Positions 20,501 to 30,800 of a DNA stretch of 64,000 nt are shown here, one piece after another. The DNA is from an uncultured virus (IMG/VR IMGVR_UViG_3300007177_000029) (lineage: Duplodnaviria; Heunggongvirae; Uroviricota; Caudoviricetes; Crassvirales). The position numbers were made by a program, and so were the translations under genes. The stretch lies in IMG/VR virus record IMGVR_UViG_3300007177_000029. The stretch is one strand, 5' to 3'. Below the pieces are notes generated by a model, which was not told where the DNA came from, searched no databases, and saw only the letters and a list, made by a program, of their open reading frames with translations. Numbering within the stretch: the stretch's first letter is position 1; every line of letters begins with the position of its first letter.

Positions 20501-21213
20501 GAAATGCAAATATTGATATTTTTACACAAACAAGTCAATTTTCAGGTACTTATGATAATTGTCATTTGAATACAAGGTCTGGAGCTTTTTGGATATCAGG
20601 TTCTATTATTAACAGTAGAGTTACTGGTGCTATACTTGTTGCTGGAGTAAACGTAGGTATGATTATGTGTAGTGGTAATGATACTATTTCTAACAATCTA
20701 ATTGAGAATGGAAGTGGAGCAGTCAATTGGGCTATAAATTGTTACTATGCAGGTTCATCTGGTAGAATAAGTAATAACACTATTAATTCAACAAATGCTG
20801 GTATTAATTTGAGATATGGTAGTGCTTTTAATAATTACATTTATGCTGGTTCTAATAGAGCAATAACTAAAGCAAGTTTAGGGAATGGAATTGCTTTTGG
20901 TAATACTTTAATAACTAATGCAACTAATGTAGAGGCTATTTACACAACTGGTGGGATTGGTGTTATTAATAACTATTGTTTATGTTTAAATGCATCGAAT
21001 ACCGCTTCTGCTATAAGAAGTGATGGAGCAAGTGAGCAAATAATAGGTAATACTGCAATAGTTAATAATGCAGCTGTTGCTAATATTAATTTAGCAGGTA
21101 ATGTTTATTTAACTGGTAATGTTTTAAGTGCTACTGGAACTGGTATTACTGGTGCTGGTGTTAATTTAATGACAAATACCGCTGATGCTTACGGAAATAT
21201 AAAAATAGGATAA
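17587..21213 (+). CDS. Tail fibre/tailspike receptor-binding protein with C-terminal beta-helix
   Basis: Fibre motif NPHGTTKLDVGLGNVDNTSDADKPIS; C-terminal repeats ISNNLI, ISNNTI, FNNYI, FGNTL, IGNTA. Confidence 0.82.
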   Translation: MSINPKSLKEIIKIKFDDFFYYFQNNNSYRLSIKKLTEYITDNVLSVLPPILDKHSQLDLDDGTNPHGTTKLDVGLGNVDNTSDADKPISSATALEFTNVYNEVSTKANNYVDIANIISGYILTDTDAGKLITNSGVNVRTLVIPSSLNLPNNTIFIKGRIAIQPNAGVNIELPDTTIITSPTQFTCEADKMYVFHRKQFTGDEWILVELSTVLLTDGSGTTANGLSIDLGGVLNPAFTLIKGATDGSSLLFLGGNAENENLAQLMVNAQSVILNALTSYDGNGGGHIVNLNPGGFESTSYLTENTSSSIGNYSAGNYLHYYDNRKFNLTINSPGIAPGSGESFTINGVTFTEGIDFTGQSNNILDAQTIVGLNYSGVTDFVSVTYIDNVVYFTFSNIATVSKTIANSLFTRKFYKVEVSSDFNGLTLKDGGDGFSINKFLGEYTFTDTTTLPKGIKYADNYDATLVDDSLVPKRYVDNQVATKIGEVVEDTTPQLGGDLDLNSNDINGTGNIDITGNVIADIVQLRGGVSTQGEMSWSADEETVQLVMDGTTLHIGQDTFVHARNNTASIITKGTAVYATGTLGASGRITVAPMIANGTIPGRLFIGLAAENIAIGADGQVMTFGKIRQINTNAYTDGDVLWLSPTVAGQLTTTEPTAPNLKIATAFVIHAATNGTLMVRAEQGNDLHSDQRVQVSGLTNNDVLTWNNANQRWQNAQPTSTNIYTNNGTIGSNRVATLTDTLSFSGGRVSFDTTTNGILLPRVTTAEMNAIVSPATNLLVYNTDLNGLYRYNGSAWVALSAGYGIIAVKDSSGYPTFYADLQTAINATADIDTVYIYSDIQVTSQISIPNRTSLTIEMNGHRIWCNTTSGDFNLFRFATSGGAGTDRIFTLNGGGTLEQVGTVTSAINAAVIHFFQTGTQRQLQIFAGNTLIKAENAFSIFNQANLRLIDGGIWYSTNGTISLNTAAALIRNANIDIFTQTSQFSGTYDNCHLNTRSGAFWISGSIINSRVTGAILVAGVNVGMIMCSGNDTISNNLIENGSGAVNWAINCYYAGSSGRISNNTINSTNAGINLRYGSAFNNYIYAGSNRAITKASLGNGIAFGNTLITNATNVEAIYTTGGIGVINNYCLCLNASNTASAIRSDGASEQIIGNTAIVNNAAVANINLAGNVYLTGNVLSATGTGITGAGVNLMTNTADAYGNIKIG

Positions 21214-21238
21214 TAAATAATATATAAAATAATATAAT

Positions 21239-21661
21239 ATGAACGCAAAAATTTACGAATACGGTATAGACCCAAAAACAGGTCTTAAAAGAAGATTAGT
21301 TAGGGACACAGCAGTTGTTCAGGAGGAAATGGATAGCAACCCAACACCAAGAGCGGTGGTTCACTTAAGATTACAAACCTATGTTGAAACTGCTGGAATA
21401 ATAACAGTGGTAACTGATGTTACAGCAGGTTATGAAGTTGTTAAGGGTAAGATATCTTATAATGTTGATGGTGAGGTGTTACCTAAGCGCATTATTGACC
21501 CAGTTACAGGAGAGATAACAACCCCAATTGACCCAGAAACAGGTGAGCCTTATCCAAGAGATAATGGATATGATAACATAATTACATTATCTAAAATGGC
21601 AATTCCATTTGATACGGTTTTAGACAATGGTATTAAAGAGTATTACAAAATAACAGAATAA
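21239..21661 (+). CDS. Putative tail-fibre accessory or chaperone protein
   Basis: 140 aa directly after the fibre gene. Confidence 0.5.
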   Translation: MNAKIYEYGIDPKTGLKRRLVRDTAVVQEEMDSNPTPRAVVHLRLQTYVETAGIITVVTDVTAGYEVVKGKISYNVDGEVLPKRIIDPVTGEITTPIDPETGEPYPRDNGYDNIITLSKMAIPFDTVLDNGIKEYYKITE

Positions 21662-21663
21662 TT

Positions 21664-22158
21664 ATGGCAGTAACAACAGTAAATAATGGTTTAAATCAGG
21701 TTTATGGTATTAAATATACTGTTATAACTGATACTAGTGCAGATTGGGCGAGTGTGTCCAATAGCACTTATTTTTATGATAAAGCTGACAAGTTACCTTA
21801 TTTTAAGGATAGTGGTGGTGTTGTAGTTAAAATATTTTCTCCTAAGACAACTCAAGAAACCACCTCAACTGCTACATTTACTATTAATGCAGATTTACAG
21901 GATTTAGGTGTTATAACAGCACAAGCTGCGGCTTTAACAATTGCTGCACCAACAGGCACACCTATTCAGGGTCAAAAATTAATCTTCAGAATTAAAGACA
22001 ATGGTACAGCTAGGGCTATTACTTGGAATGCTATATTTAGAATTATAGGAACAACATTACCGACAACAACGGTAATAAATAAAACAACATATGTTGGATG
22101 CATATACAATAGCACTGATACCAAATGGGATGTTGTCGTAGTTAACACAGAGGCGTAA
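21664..22158 (+). CDS. Small fibre/structural protein
   Basis: LTIAAPTGTPIQGQKLIFRIKDNGTARAITWNAIF..KWDVV resembles a phage fibre beta domain. Confidence 0.6.
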   Translation: MAVTTVNNGLNQVYGIKYTVITDTSADWASVSNSTYFYDKADKLPYFKDSGGVVVKIFSPKTTQETTSTATFTINADLQDLGVITAQAAALTIAAPTGTPIQGQKLIFRIKDNGTARAITWNAIFRIIGTTLPTTTVINKTTYVGCIYNSTDTKWDVVVVNTEA

Positions 22159-22159
22159 T

Positions 22160-22444
22160 ATGTTATATTATATATTAAATAAAACATACATTGTAAATAA
22201 TATATTAGTAGATGAACCTATTGGTTATTTAACTAATATGGATAATGCTTTGCTTATAAATTATAAGTATGAAACTACTTATTTGTTATGGGTAAATAAT
22301 AATATAACAGATTTAGAAAATGGTACTTTGCAAATTAGTGATTACTTTAATAGCATTGATGCTGTGTATGACTGTAATACGGAAACCACGTCAATAGATG
22401 GAATGGGATTAAATGAGATAACAGATATAACACCTTATATATAA
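22160..22444 (+). CDS. Hypothetical protein
   Basis: 94-aa ORF closely coupled to both neighbours. Confidence 0.6.
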   Translation: MLYYILNKTYIVNNILVDEPIGYLTNMDNALLINYKYETTYLLWVNNNITDLENGTLQISDYFNSIDAVYDCNTETTSIDGMGLNEITDITPYI

Positions 22445-23097
22445 TGGCTTTAACAGAAGGAAATTTTACGGGGGATGTTAGAATACCTGCTGCAAGTAGT
22501 TATTCATTCTCACACAACCAAAATGCTGGTTCAAATGGGTGTTTAATTGTTATTGTGGCGTGCCCTGCTGTAAGTACAACAGGTGTAACTTATGGTGGTC
22601 AAGCAATGACTAATGTTAGAAATGATAGTACAGCATATTCAACTGGGTGGAGTGTTTGGAGATTACTTAATCCACCAACAGGTGCAAACACAGTAACTGT
22701 AACATTAAATAGTTCAAGTTTCAATTCAACTTCGGCGGTATGTTATTCGTTTACTGATTGTGCAGGAGTTGGAAATACAAATTTCAATAACACACAAGCA
22801 AGTAACCAAACTACTTCTGTTACTATATCTAATAATTCAATGGTTATAGGTGCTTGTATAGGAGGTAATTCAACTTCTGCATTTATCGAAATACCCGATA
22901 ACACTGCAAGAACAGTAGATTGGAATCATAACATTAATAATTTTACTTGGGGTGGTATTTCGCCAAGTTTAGGTGCTGGAACTATAACTATTCAAGGTGG
23001 TGCAACTGCAACTAATATTATAATGGCTGTTGAAGTTATAGAATCAGCTGCTCCAGCAGGAAATAATACTGGCGGTTGGTGGTTAATTTTAAATTAA
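22444..23097 (+). CDS. Putative receptor-binding or structural protein
   Basis: VTYGGQAMT and NPPTGANTVTVT motifs; S/T/N/G-rich beta protein. Confidence 0.6.
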   Translation: MALTEGNFTGDVRIPAASSYSFSHNQNAGSNGCLIVIVACPAVSTTGVTYGGQAMTNVRNDSTAYSTGWSVWRLLNPPTGANTVTVTLNSSSFNSTSAVCYSFTDCAGVGNTNFNNTQASNQTTSVTISNNSMVIGACIGGNSTSAFIEIPDNTARTVDWNHNINNFTWGGISPSLGAGTITIQGGATATNIIMAVEVIESAAPAGNNTGGWWLILN

Positions 23098-23102
23098 TAA
23101 AT

Positions 23103-23246
23103 ATGACAAAATCTCCTTTAGAACATTTTGCGTTTATAGTATTATTTGGAATATTTTTTTATTTATTTGCGGTAAAATGCACCGCAGAAAAAAAGATAGA
23201 TAAAGCTAAATACCCACATTATCCATATATAATTAATAAAAAATGA
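23103..23246 (+). CDS. 47-aa membrane protein, absent from the ORF track
   Basis: MTKSPLEHFAFIVLFGIFFYLFAVKCTAEKKIDKAKYPHYPYIINKK; its stop overlaps the next start as ATGA. Confidence 0.6.
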   Translation: MTKSPLEHFAFIVLFGIFFYLFAVKCTAEKKIDKAKYPHYPYIINKK

Positions 23247-23458
23247 AAATTAATTTTAATAATATGAGAAACAAATTAGCTATATTTTATAGTTTTGTTT
23301 CAGTAGTTTATTTATTTTGTGTAACTTTTTTAAATATACCTAAAGACAATCATAGAGTTGTTGACACTATATTAGGATTTTTAATAGGTACTTTAGTTGC
23401 TACAATTATAAATTATTATTTTGGAGATAGCCAAACAAATTCTAAACCTACTGAATAA
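23243..23458 (+). CDS. Small two-TM holin-like protein
   Basis: Two hydrophobic helices, LGFLIGT..TIINYYFG; lies in the lysis cassette. Confidence 0.6.
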   Translation: MKINFNNMRNKLAIFYSFVSVVYLFCVTFLNIPKDNHRVVDTILGFLIGTLVATIINYYFGDSQTNSKPTE

Positions 23459-23955
23459 TGAAAACTTTTGAACCTTATACTGCACCATACAAAGACCAAT
23501 TATTTGGGAAGCCTTATACTTTTTTTACAGAGAAATCTGTTTACCAAAGTTTTTTAAGGCAAGTAGAAAAATATAAATTAAGTATTAATTATTACAATAC
23601 ACTTAATTTAATTTTTAAAAGTAGGTTTTGGGAAACAGTAGGGTTTGATGCTAAAACATTAGTAAAAGATAACTATGAAGGTAATATTTCAAGTTTTTTT
23701 CATGATTATCCTTCACGTTGTGGTTTTGGTGGTAAAAGAAATGATATTATTTTCTTATATTTAGAGCTTAAATCGGGAGCTAGTAAAAAATGGGCGTTTA
23801 CTCAATACTTTGCGGTTAGGTTTGCTGCACAATTTTTCATATTGAGAGATTACATAAGACAGCAAAGAATAGAAGAACCGCAATGGTTAATAGATTTACA
23901 TAAAGAAACAAGAAAGCGTTTGTTAAAAGAGTACAATATAAAATATTTAATATGA
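23458..23955 (+). CDS. DUF1353-like protein
   Basis: FD..T, FHDY..., ND.IF...G...W..QY.AVR pattern. Confidence 0.5.
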   Translation: MKTFEPYTAPYKDQLFGKPYTFFTEKSVYQSFLRQVEKYKLSINYYNTLNLIFKSRFWETVGFDAKTLVKDNYEGNISSFFHDYPSRCGFGGKRNDIIFLYLELKSGASKKWAFTQYFAVRFAAQFFILRDYIRQQRIEEPQWLIDLHKETRKRLLKEYNIKYLI

Positions 23956-24578
23956 CACCAATACAAATTTACCAACAAAATAATGGTTTAAAACCTGATG
24001 GAGTTATAGGTAAAATAACTTTAAATAAAATAAAAGAAGATTGTAAAATAGTTACAGATATTCAATTAGCTCATTTTATGGGTCAATGTCATCATGAAAC
24101 TGGTGGATTTAGAGCTTCATCTGAGAATTTAAATTATGATAGTGCAGGATTAAAAAGGTTATTTACAAAATATTTTCCTACTGATATTTTAGCTACACAA
24201 TATTCTAGACAACCTATGAAAATAGCTAATAGAGTTTATGCTAGTAGAATGGGTAATGATAATGAAGCTAGTGGTGATGGTTGGAGATTTAGAGGAAGAG
24301 GAGCTATACAGTTAACTGGTAAAGCAAACTATCACGCATTTTCTAATTATGTGAAAGACCCTGAAGTTATGACTAATCCAGATATTGTAGCGACTAAATA
24401 CTTTTTTGAATCTGCTAAATTCTTTTTTGATAGAAATAATTTATGGGTAATAGCTAATAAAGGAATTAATGGTATAGTTATAACAGAATTAACTAAAAGA
24501 ATAAATGGTGGCACACATGGATTACAAGATAGAATAAGACAAACTAATTTATACCATTCAATACTAAGTAACATTTAA
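23952..24578 (+). CDS. Endolysin, glycoside hydrolase family 19 with N-terminal peptidoglycan-binding segment
   Basis: YQQNNGLKPDGVIGKIT; AHFMGQCHHETGGF; DGWRFRGRGAIQLTGKANY; TKRINGG. Confidence 0.92.
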   Translation: MTPIQIYQQNNGLKPDGVIGKITLNKIKEDCKIVTDIQLAHFMGQCHHETGGFRASSENLNYDSAGLKRLFTKYFPTDILATQYSRQPMKIANRVYASRMGNDNEASGDGWRFRGRGAIQLTGKANYHAFSNYVKDPEVMTNPDIVATKYFFESAKFFFDRNNLWVIANKGINGIVITELTKRINGGTHGLQDRIRQTNLYHSILSNI

Positions 24579-24611
24579 AAACAATTAAAAGTAAAAAAAA
24601 ATAAAAGAAAA

Positions 24612-25040
24612 ATGAAAACTATACAATTTATCAAAGAGCATTTATATTTATTATCTTTAAGTTTAGTAAGTTTTTTAACTCCTGTAATACCATTAGTTTT
24701 ATTTGTTGGGTTTATTTCTTTTATTGATTTATGTGTTGCTTATAAAGTAAACAATATTTTATACAAAGAAGAGTTTAGTTCAGAAAAATCAAAAGGTTTA
24801 TTAATTAAATTAGCAATATACAGTGTCTGTTTACTTGCTGCTAGAGGAATAGATATATTTATATTAAATAATGAAAATTTAAATTTGATATTAAAATTTA
24901 CTGTAGTATATATAGTTTTATCAGAATTAAGGTCATTAGATGAAAAATACAAAAAAGTTTATGGAAAATATTTAATAAAAGAAATAACAGATTTATTTTA
25001 CAATATAATTAATAAATATAAATCAAATAAAAATGAATAA
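24612..25040 (+). CDS. Holin
   Basis: About three TM segments with DL, FSS.K and ELRSLDE motifs, next to the endolysin. Confidence 0.7.
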   Translation: MKTIQFIKEHLYLLSLSLVSFLTPVIPLVLFVGFISFIDLCVAYKVNNILYKEEFSSEKSKGLLIKLAIYSVCLLAARGIDIFILNNENLNLILKFTVVYIVLSELRSLDEKYKKVYGKYLIKEITDLFYNIINKYKSNKNE

Positions 25041-25587
25041 ATTTAAACTAATTGCTTTTTTAATATTTATAGTAAGTATTTTTTTAAATATAAAAAGCTG
25101 TAAAGAAAACAATAATATAGATAATATAGAATATAAAAAAGGTAAAAAAGATACAGTATTTGTTAATGTAACAGATACTGTTTTTAGTTTAAAACCTGTT
25201 TATGTAAAAAATAAAAAAGAATTTGTAAAAGATACGTTTTATTTAAACGATACTATTTTATATTTTAATGATTCATTAGTATTAAATGAATTTAAAACTT
25301 ATTATAAAGATAGTTTAATAGAAGCAACAATAAATTCTAAAGTAAAAGGAATATTAATATCTTCTGATTTATCATATTCTTACAATAAAGAATTTATATC
25401 ATCTACTGATACTATTATAAAAACAGTAAGTAATAATAAAAATAAATTTTATATTGGTGCTTTTTACGGTAATAATAGTATAAATCCTTCTTTAATATTT
25501 AGTTATAAAAATAAATATATTTTTAAAGCTAGTTACAACATTAACAATAATTATCCTTATATTGGTGCTTATTTTAATATAAAATAA
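25033..25587 (+). CDS. Membrane-anchored protein, candidate spanin-like lysis factor
   Basis: N-terminal hydrophobic helix then KSC, DT repeats, C-terminal amphipathic beta strands. Confidence 0.45.
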   Translation: MNKFKLIAFLIFIVSIFLNIKSCKENNNIDNIEYKKGKKDTVFVNVTDTVFSLKPVYVKNKKEFVKDTFYLNDTILYFNDSLVLNEFKTYYKDSLIEATINSKVKGILISSDLSYSYNKEFISSTDTIIKTVSNNKNKFYIGAFYGNNSINPSLIFSYKNKYIFKASYNINNNYPYIGAYFNIK

Positions 25588-25590
25588 AAT

Positions 25591-26289
25591 ATGATAACTT
25601 ATAACAAAATAGTATTTGATATAAAAGAAACATTATCAGCAAATAAAATTGTTGATGATTTTAATATAGACGATAGAAGAATAATATATTTATTTAATAT
25701 TCAAAGAAATCTTTGGTTAAGAAAAGAATATAATACACCAGGAAGAAATTTTAGTCCTCAAATTATACAAAGTATATGTGTAAATTTAGAATTAAAACCT
25801 TCAAATATTTGTCCGTGTGATGAAGTATCTGATTGTGATGAATTTTTAGTATCAACAGTTAGTATTCCTACATTACTAGAACTACACCATAAACCTGCAA
25901 TAACAAAAATAGGTTCTCCTGATTTAAAAAATTATTTTTTTTCTGTAGTACCTTATGCTCAAAGTGTTTATTCAGGAAGTGGTAGATTTAATAGTAGAGC
26001 TAATTTTGCTTTTTTAATAGAAAATAAAATATATATACCTATAAAAAGTAAATCTCAAAGATTAATAGAAAGAATAAATATAATGGGTGTATTTGAAGAC
26101 CCTACTGCTTTAACAGATTTTAAAAACTGTAATGGTACTATTTGTTTTGATAAAGATAGTCCTTATCCTATATCTTCTACAATGTTACCTTTTATAAAAG
26201 AAATGGTGTTAAAAGAATTATTATTACAAGGTCCTAAAGATTCAAATAATGATAGTACAAATACAATAGAACAAATACAAACTAAATAA
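25591..26289 (+). CDS. Tail ring protein
   Basis: IDDRRI, QSICVNLE and GVFEDP resemble crAss-like ring proteins. Confidence 0.65.
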   Translation: MITYNKIVFDIKETLSANKIVDDFNIDDRRIIYLFNIQRNLWLRKEYNTPGRNFSPQIIQSICVNLELKPSNICPCDEVSDCDEFLVSTVSIPTLLELHHKPAITKIGSPDLKNYFFSVVPYAQSVYSGSGRFNSRANFAFLIENKIYIPIKSKSQRLIERINIMGVFEDPTALTDFKNCNGTICFDKDSPYPISSTMLPFIKEMVLKELLLQGPKDSNNDSTNTIEQIQTK

Positions 26290-26290
26290 T

Positions 26291-26809
26291 ATGATTACGT
26301 TTAAGAGAGGATTAGTAGAACATAAGTTTGATGTTAAATCAACAGATTTTTTTAATTATTATAATAGTTTATATAAAGGAACTAAACATCAATTAAAAAA
26401 TTCTGAATTTAGAAAAATAATTAGATTATTTAATGAAGCTTTAATGAATGAAATAATATTTAAAGCTTATGATTTTAATATGCCTTATAAAATAGGTAAA
26501 TTATGTATTAGAAAATCTAAAACAAAAAATAAAATAAAAGACGGTAAAGTAATAATTAAACATCCTATAGATTGGAAAGCAACTAAAAATTTATGGGAAG
26601 AAGATGAAGAAGCTAGGCTTAGTAAAAAATTAGTAAGAATAGATAATAGCCATTCTGATAATTATATATGTAGATTTAGATATAAAATAGGTAACTCTAA
26701 ATCAACTAATTGTTTAGCTTATGCTTTTAAAGCAACAAGACCTAATAAAATAACTTTATCTAAAGTATTAAAAGATAAAAATTTAAAAATTGATTATTTT
26801 GAAAATTAA
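26291..26809 (+). CDS. IHF-like protein of the crAss tail module
   Basis: FNMPYKIGKLCIRK and IDWKATKNLW motifs. Confidence 0.65.
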   Translation: MITFKRGLVEHKFDVKSTDFFNYYNSLYKGTKHQLKNSEFRKIIRLFNEALMNEIIFKAYDFNMPYKIGKLCIRKSKTKNKIKDGKVIIKHPIDWKATKNLWEEDEEARLSKKLVRIDNSHSDNYICRFRYKIGNSKSTNCLAYAFKATRPNKITLSKVLKDKNLKIDYFEN

Positions 26810-26814
26810 ATATT

Positions 26815-27072
26815 ATGAACACAGAAATATTAAGAAAAACAATTAGTAAAGATAAAGTTTCTAAAACTTTAATTGTAAAACAAGCTAAAAATGGTTTTAT
26901 TATAGAAATATCAAAATCATGGGAAGAAGAAAATGATATGGGTGAAGAAGAATATAAACATTCTACTGAATATTGGATTTCTAAAACTAATCCTTTTGAA
27001 AAACAAACTAAAGAAAAAGAAACTAAAGAGCCTAAAACAATTTCTGAAGCAATAAAAGATTTAAAATTTTAA
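26815..27072 (+). CDS. Hypothetical protein
   Basis: 85-aa ORF within the operon. Confidence 0.65.
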   Translation: MNTEILRKTISKDKVSKTLIVKQAKNGFIIEISKSWEEENDMGEEEYKHSTEYWISKTNPFEKQTKEKETKEPKTISEAIKDLKF

Positions 27073-27074
27073 TT

Positions 27075-27842
27075 ATGTTAACTGGTAAATATAAAAGTTT
27101 AGAATTTGTTGTAGAAAAAGTTTTTAGAGATACAGGTCTTGTAGATGAAGTTGATATATATGATGTAGTAGAATGGGCAGGTGAATGTATAGAATTAATA
27201 GGTGTTCCTGATTCTTACTCTAATCAAATTTTTAAAATAAATATTGAAGACGGTAGAGGAAAATTACCTTGTAATATAATTTATTTAAGACAAGCAAGAG
27301 CTATTCAAGGAGGATTATATGTACCAATGAGATATGAATCTTCTAATTTTCATAGATATGTTGAAAATGTAAATGTTGATTATAAAAATGTTTGTGAAGC
27401 TACATATCAATTAAATGATGATTGTATTTTTACATCATTTGAAAACGGTGAAGTAGAATTAGCTTGTGATGTATTTTTAATAGATGAAAAAGGATTTCCT
27501 TTAATTCCAGATAATATTAAGTACGTAAAAGCAGTAGAATATTACATAAGAGAAAAAATAGATTATAAACTATGGAGAGCAGGTAAATTACAACAAGCTG
27601 TTTATGAAAAAACTGTACAAGACCAGTTATGGTATTTAGGTGCAGCACAATCAGCAGGTGTTATACCTAATGCAGATAGATTAGAATCTATTAAAAATAA
27701 CTGGATTAGATTAATACCTCAAATTAATCAACATTCAGATTATTTTAAATCTTTTGGAAGACAAGAACAAAGAGTTAATCATAGTGCAGGTAGAAGTAAT
27801 ACTTTTAACAGTAGAGAAGTTAACGGTAACACATTATTTTAA
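27075..27842 (+). CDS. Tail tubular/ring protein (P22 gp4-like)
   Basis: VEWAGECIELIG and DEKGFPLIPDN motifs; precedes the muzzle gene. Confidence 0.75.
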   Translation: MLTGKYKSLEFVVEKVFRDTGLVDEVDIYDVVEWAGECIELIGVPDSYSNQIFKINIEDGRGKLPCNIIYLRQARAIQGGLYVPMRYESSNFHRYVENVNVDYKNVCEATYQLNDDCIFTSFENGEVELACDVFLIDEKGFPLIPDNIKYVKAVEYYIREKIDYKLWRAGKLQQAVYEKTVQDQLWYLGAAQSAGVIPNADRLESIKNNWIRLIPQINQHSDYFKSFGRQEQRVNHSAGRSNTFNSREVNGNTLF

Positions 27843-27851
27843 TTTTACAAA

Positions 27852-30800
27852 ATGGAATCTAAAAATACTTTTTTTAAAGGGTTAAATCAAGATAATAGCA
27901 AATCTAAATTTAATGACACTTCTTATTATGATGCTTTAAATATAAGAATAACTACTGATACAGGTTTATCTAGTTTATCAGTAGAAAATGAAAGAGGTAA
28001 TAAATTATTGTTTAGTTTTCCTAATATACCAGGAAATTATGGTGATGTTTTAACATATAAAGACGGTTCTGATAGATTAATTCCTGGATTTACTGGTACT
28101 AATTTAAAAATAGTAGGTTCTTGTATTGCTAATGAATACATAATAATATGTACAACAAGTGAAACTTCTGAAAATCCTGTAAATCAATATGGTCAAATAT
28201 GGGTTATTAAATTTGACAACACTTTAAATGAAATAGAAGGTAATGTTTCTAATGTATTACCACTTACTGCTTTAAAGTATATAGATAAACTTAATTTTTC
28301 TACAGCTAATAAAATAGAATGTAAAGCTTTAATAGAAACAGAAAAAATATTTAATTTTTATTTTACTGATAATTATAATCCATTTAAATCTATTAATTTA
28401 GCTTTAACTTTTGAAGAGTTAGCTTTAATAAAACCTCAAAATTTAGAATTAAATCAAAATGCTGATTTAGTAGTTCCTATTATAACAGATTTAGTAGAAG
28501 GTTCTTTACCTTCAGGAACTGTAGTTCAATTAGCTTATAGATTATCTAATAAAACATTAGGAAGTTCATCTTATTCACAACCGTGTAATCCTATTACTAT
28601 TTCTGATTTTGATTATAAAAATATTACATTAGCTAGAAAACAAAAAGGTAATTTATATAAAGAACAAGGTGATAAAGGAATTAAATATTTTATTGAAGGT
28701 GTAGACACTAACTATGATTTAATAGAGCATATTGCTATTGTTTATACAGCTAAAGATTCTCCTACTATTTATAAATTTAAAGAAGAAATAATTAATGGTA
28801 GAAAAAGAATAGATAATGTATTAAGTGGTAATGAAGAAAAACTATTTTTAAATGAAGTAGAATATAATCAAATAAGATTTGGTTTTGAAACTTGTAAAAC
28901 TATAGATTCTTTAGCTAATATTTTAGTAGCAGGAAATATAACTACTAAGAATAGAGAAATACCTGATAATTTATTTGATGCTAGAGCTTATAGATTTAAT
29001 GCAAGTCAACAAGCATTATTAGTAGGTAAATCAGGCAATATTACATTAATAGGACCTACACCTAATTATGATAGTGTTCCTATTACACATGATGCTATAA
29101 ATCCTTTTAATGTACAAAAAGGTGCTAATGAAACAATTCCTAATTATGGTAATTATAAATATAAAGTAAACGGTACTACAATAGGAGGAGAAGGTAAATT
29201 TGTTTCTTATGAATTTGTTGAAGAAACTTTAGACGGTAATAATAATCCTGGAGATAATTCACATATAATTGTAAACAAAACAACTCCTACAATAGATTTA
29301 ACTACAAAAGATTATAAAAATGATAATATAACATTTGTAGGACAATCTCAATTTAAAAATTTTAAATCTCCTATAATTCAACATTACTATACTGGTTATA
29401 CTAGAGGAGAAATATATAGATTTGGTATTCAATTTTTTGATAAAAAAGGACAACCTTACTTTGTTAAATGGGTGGGTGATATAAAATTTCCTGAATCTGC
29501 TGATGGTTTTTATTATCATAATGTTGCACCTGGTGATGTAGAAAATGTATTATTAAAATCTTTAGGAATTAGATTTACTGTAAATATTCCTGAAGAATTA
29601 TTACCTATAATTTCTGCTTATAAAATAGTTAGAGTAGAAAGACAACATAATGATGAAAGTAGATTAGGCTCTGCTCCTGTAGTATTATGGGGTAAAAAAC
29701 TTAATACAACAGATATAGGTAATGAAGATAATAAAACAATATGGTATCAAAATCAAAGATTAGAACCTGGTGATGAATTTATAAGAGGACCTGTAGGAAA
29801 TCTTGATTATATGTTAAACTGTAGACCTTATAATAAAATTACAGATGCACAATATGATGCTGTTAGTAAAGAACCTGAAACATCAATGAGGGCATTAATG
29901 TGGTTTTCTCCTTTATTGTTATTTGGTAAATATTATAAATCAGGAGATTTTATTAATAATAAATCAGGAGATTTTTTAAAAACAGATTATTTTGCTAGAA
30001 GTTATATGCGTGAAATTAGAGGTATGTCACCAGCTAATAAAAAATTTCTTTCTTTAAATAAATATGATTTAAGAACTCCTTTACCTGTTTTAACAGAAAG
30101 AGGTTTAACAGAAGAAACATTTGCTGTAGAAAATCTATTTTATAAAGATTCTAATGCTACAGAATCAGGAAAATTTTTAAATTTAGATGTATTTTCTTCT
30201 GATTATTCTAATTTTAATAATTATACTATTTATAAAAATGCTAACGATAAAAATCCTAATAAATTAGGAAGTGAAAAATTTTATTCTTGTTATTTTTCTA
30301 TATGGAAATCAAAATTATCTGGAGGATTTAATAAAGGATTGTCTGGAATAGGTAATAATACTAATCTTATATTATGTAAAAACGATTCTGACCACACTAC
30401 TTATTCTCCTAACGCTTATAACGATTGGTATAATTCAGATACATTAATAGTATTATTAGAAAATCCTTCAACTACTATTTTTGGTTATAGTTTTAAAATG
30501 ATGTCTTATTGTAGAAAAATAAGTAATCAATATAATGGCAATGATTATGAATCTAGAAGTAACCAAAAATATATTAGTACAGGTCATTATCAATTAATTA
30601 ATGATACTATATTTAATAACAATTTAGTTTCTAGTAATTGTAGATTATCTCATAATATTTATGGTGGAGATACATTTGTAAACATAGTAGCACATGAATA
30701 TATTATACCTTCTTTAGGAAATACAAAATCATTTAATTATAGATTTATGTTTAGTGAAGTTGATGAAAATCAATTTAAAGGGGATGATACAAAAAGAGGT

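Noticed and set aside
17587..23097. Diversity-generating retroelement or invertible cassette acting on tail fibres
   Set aside because: No reverse transcriptase, recombinase or TR/VR repeat pair was seen in the window
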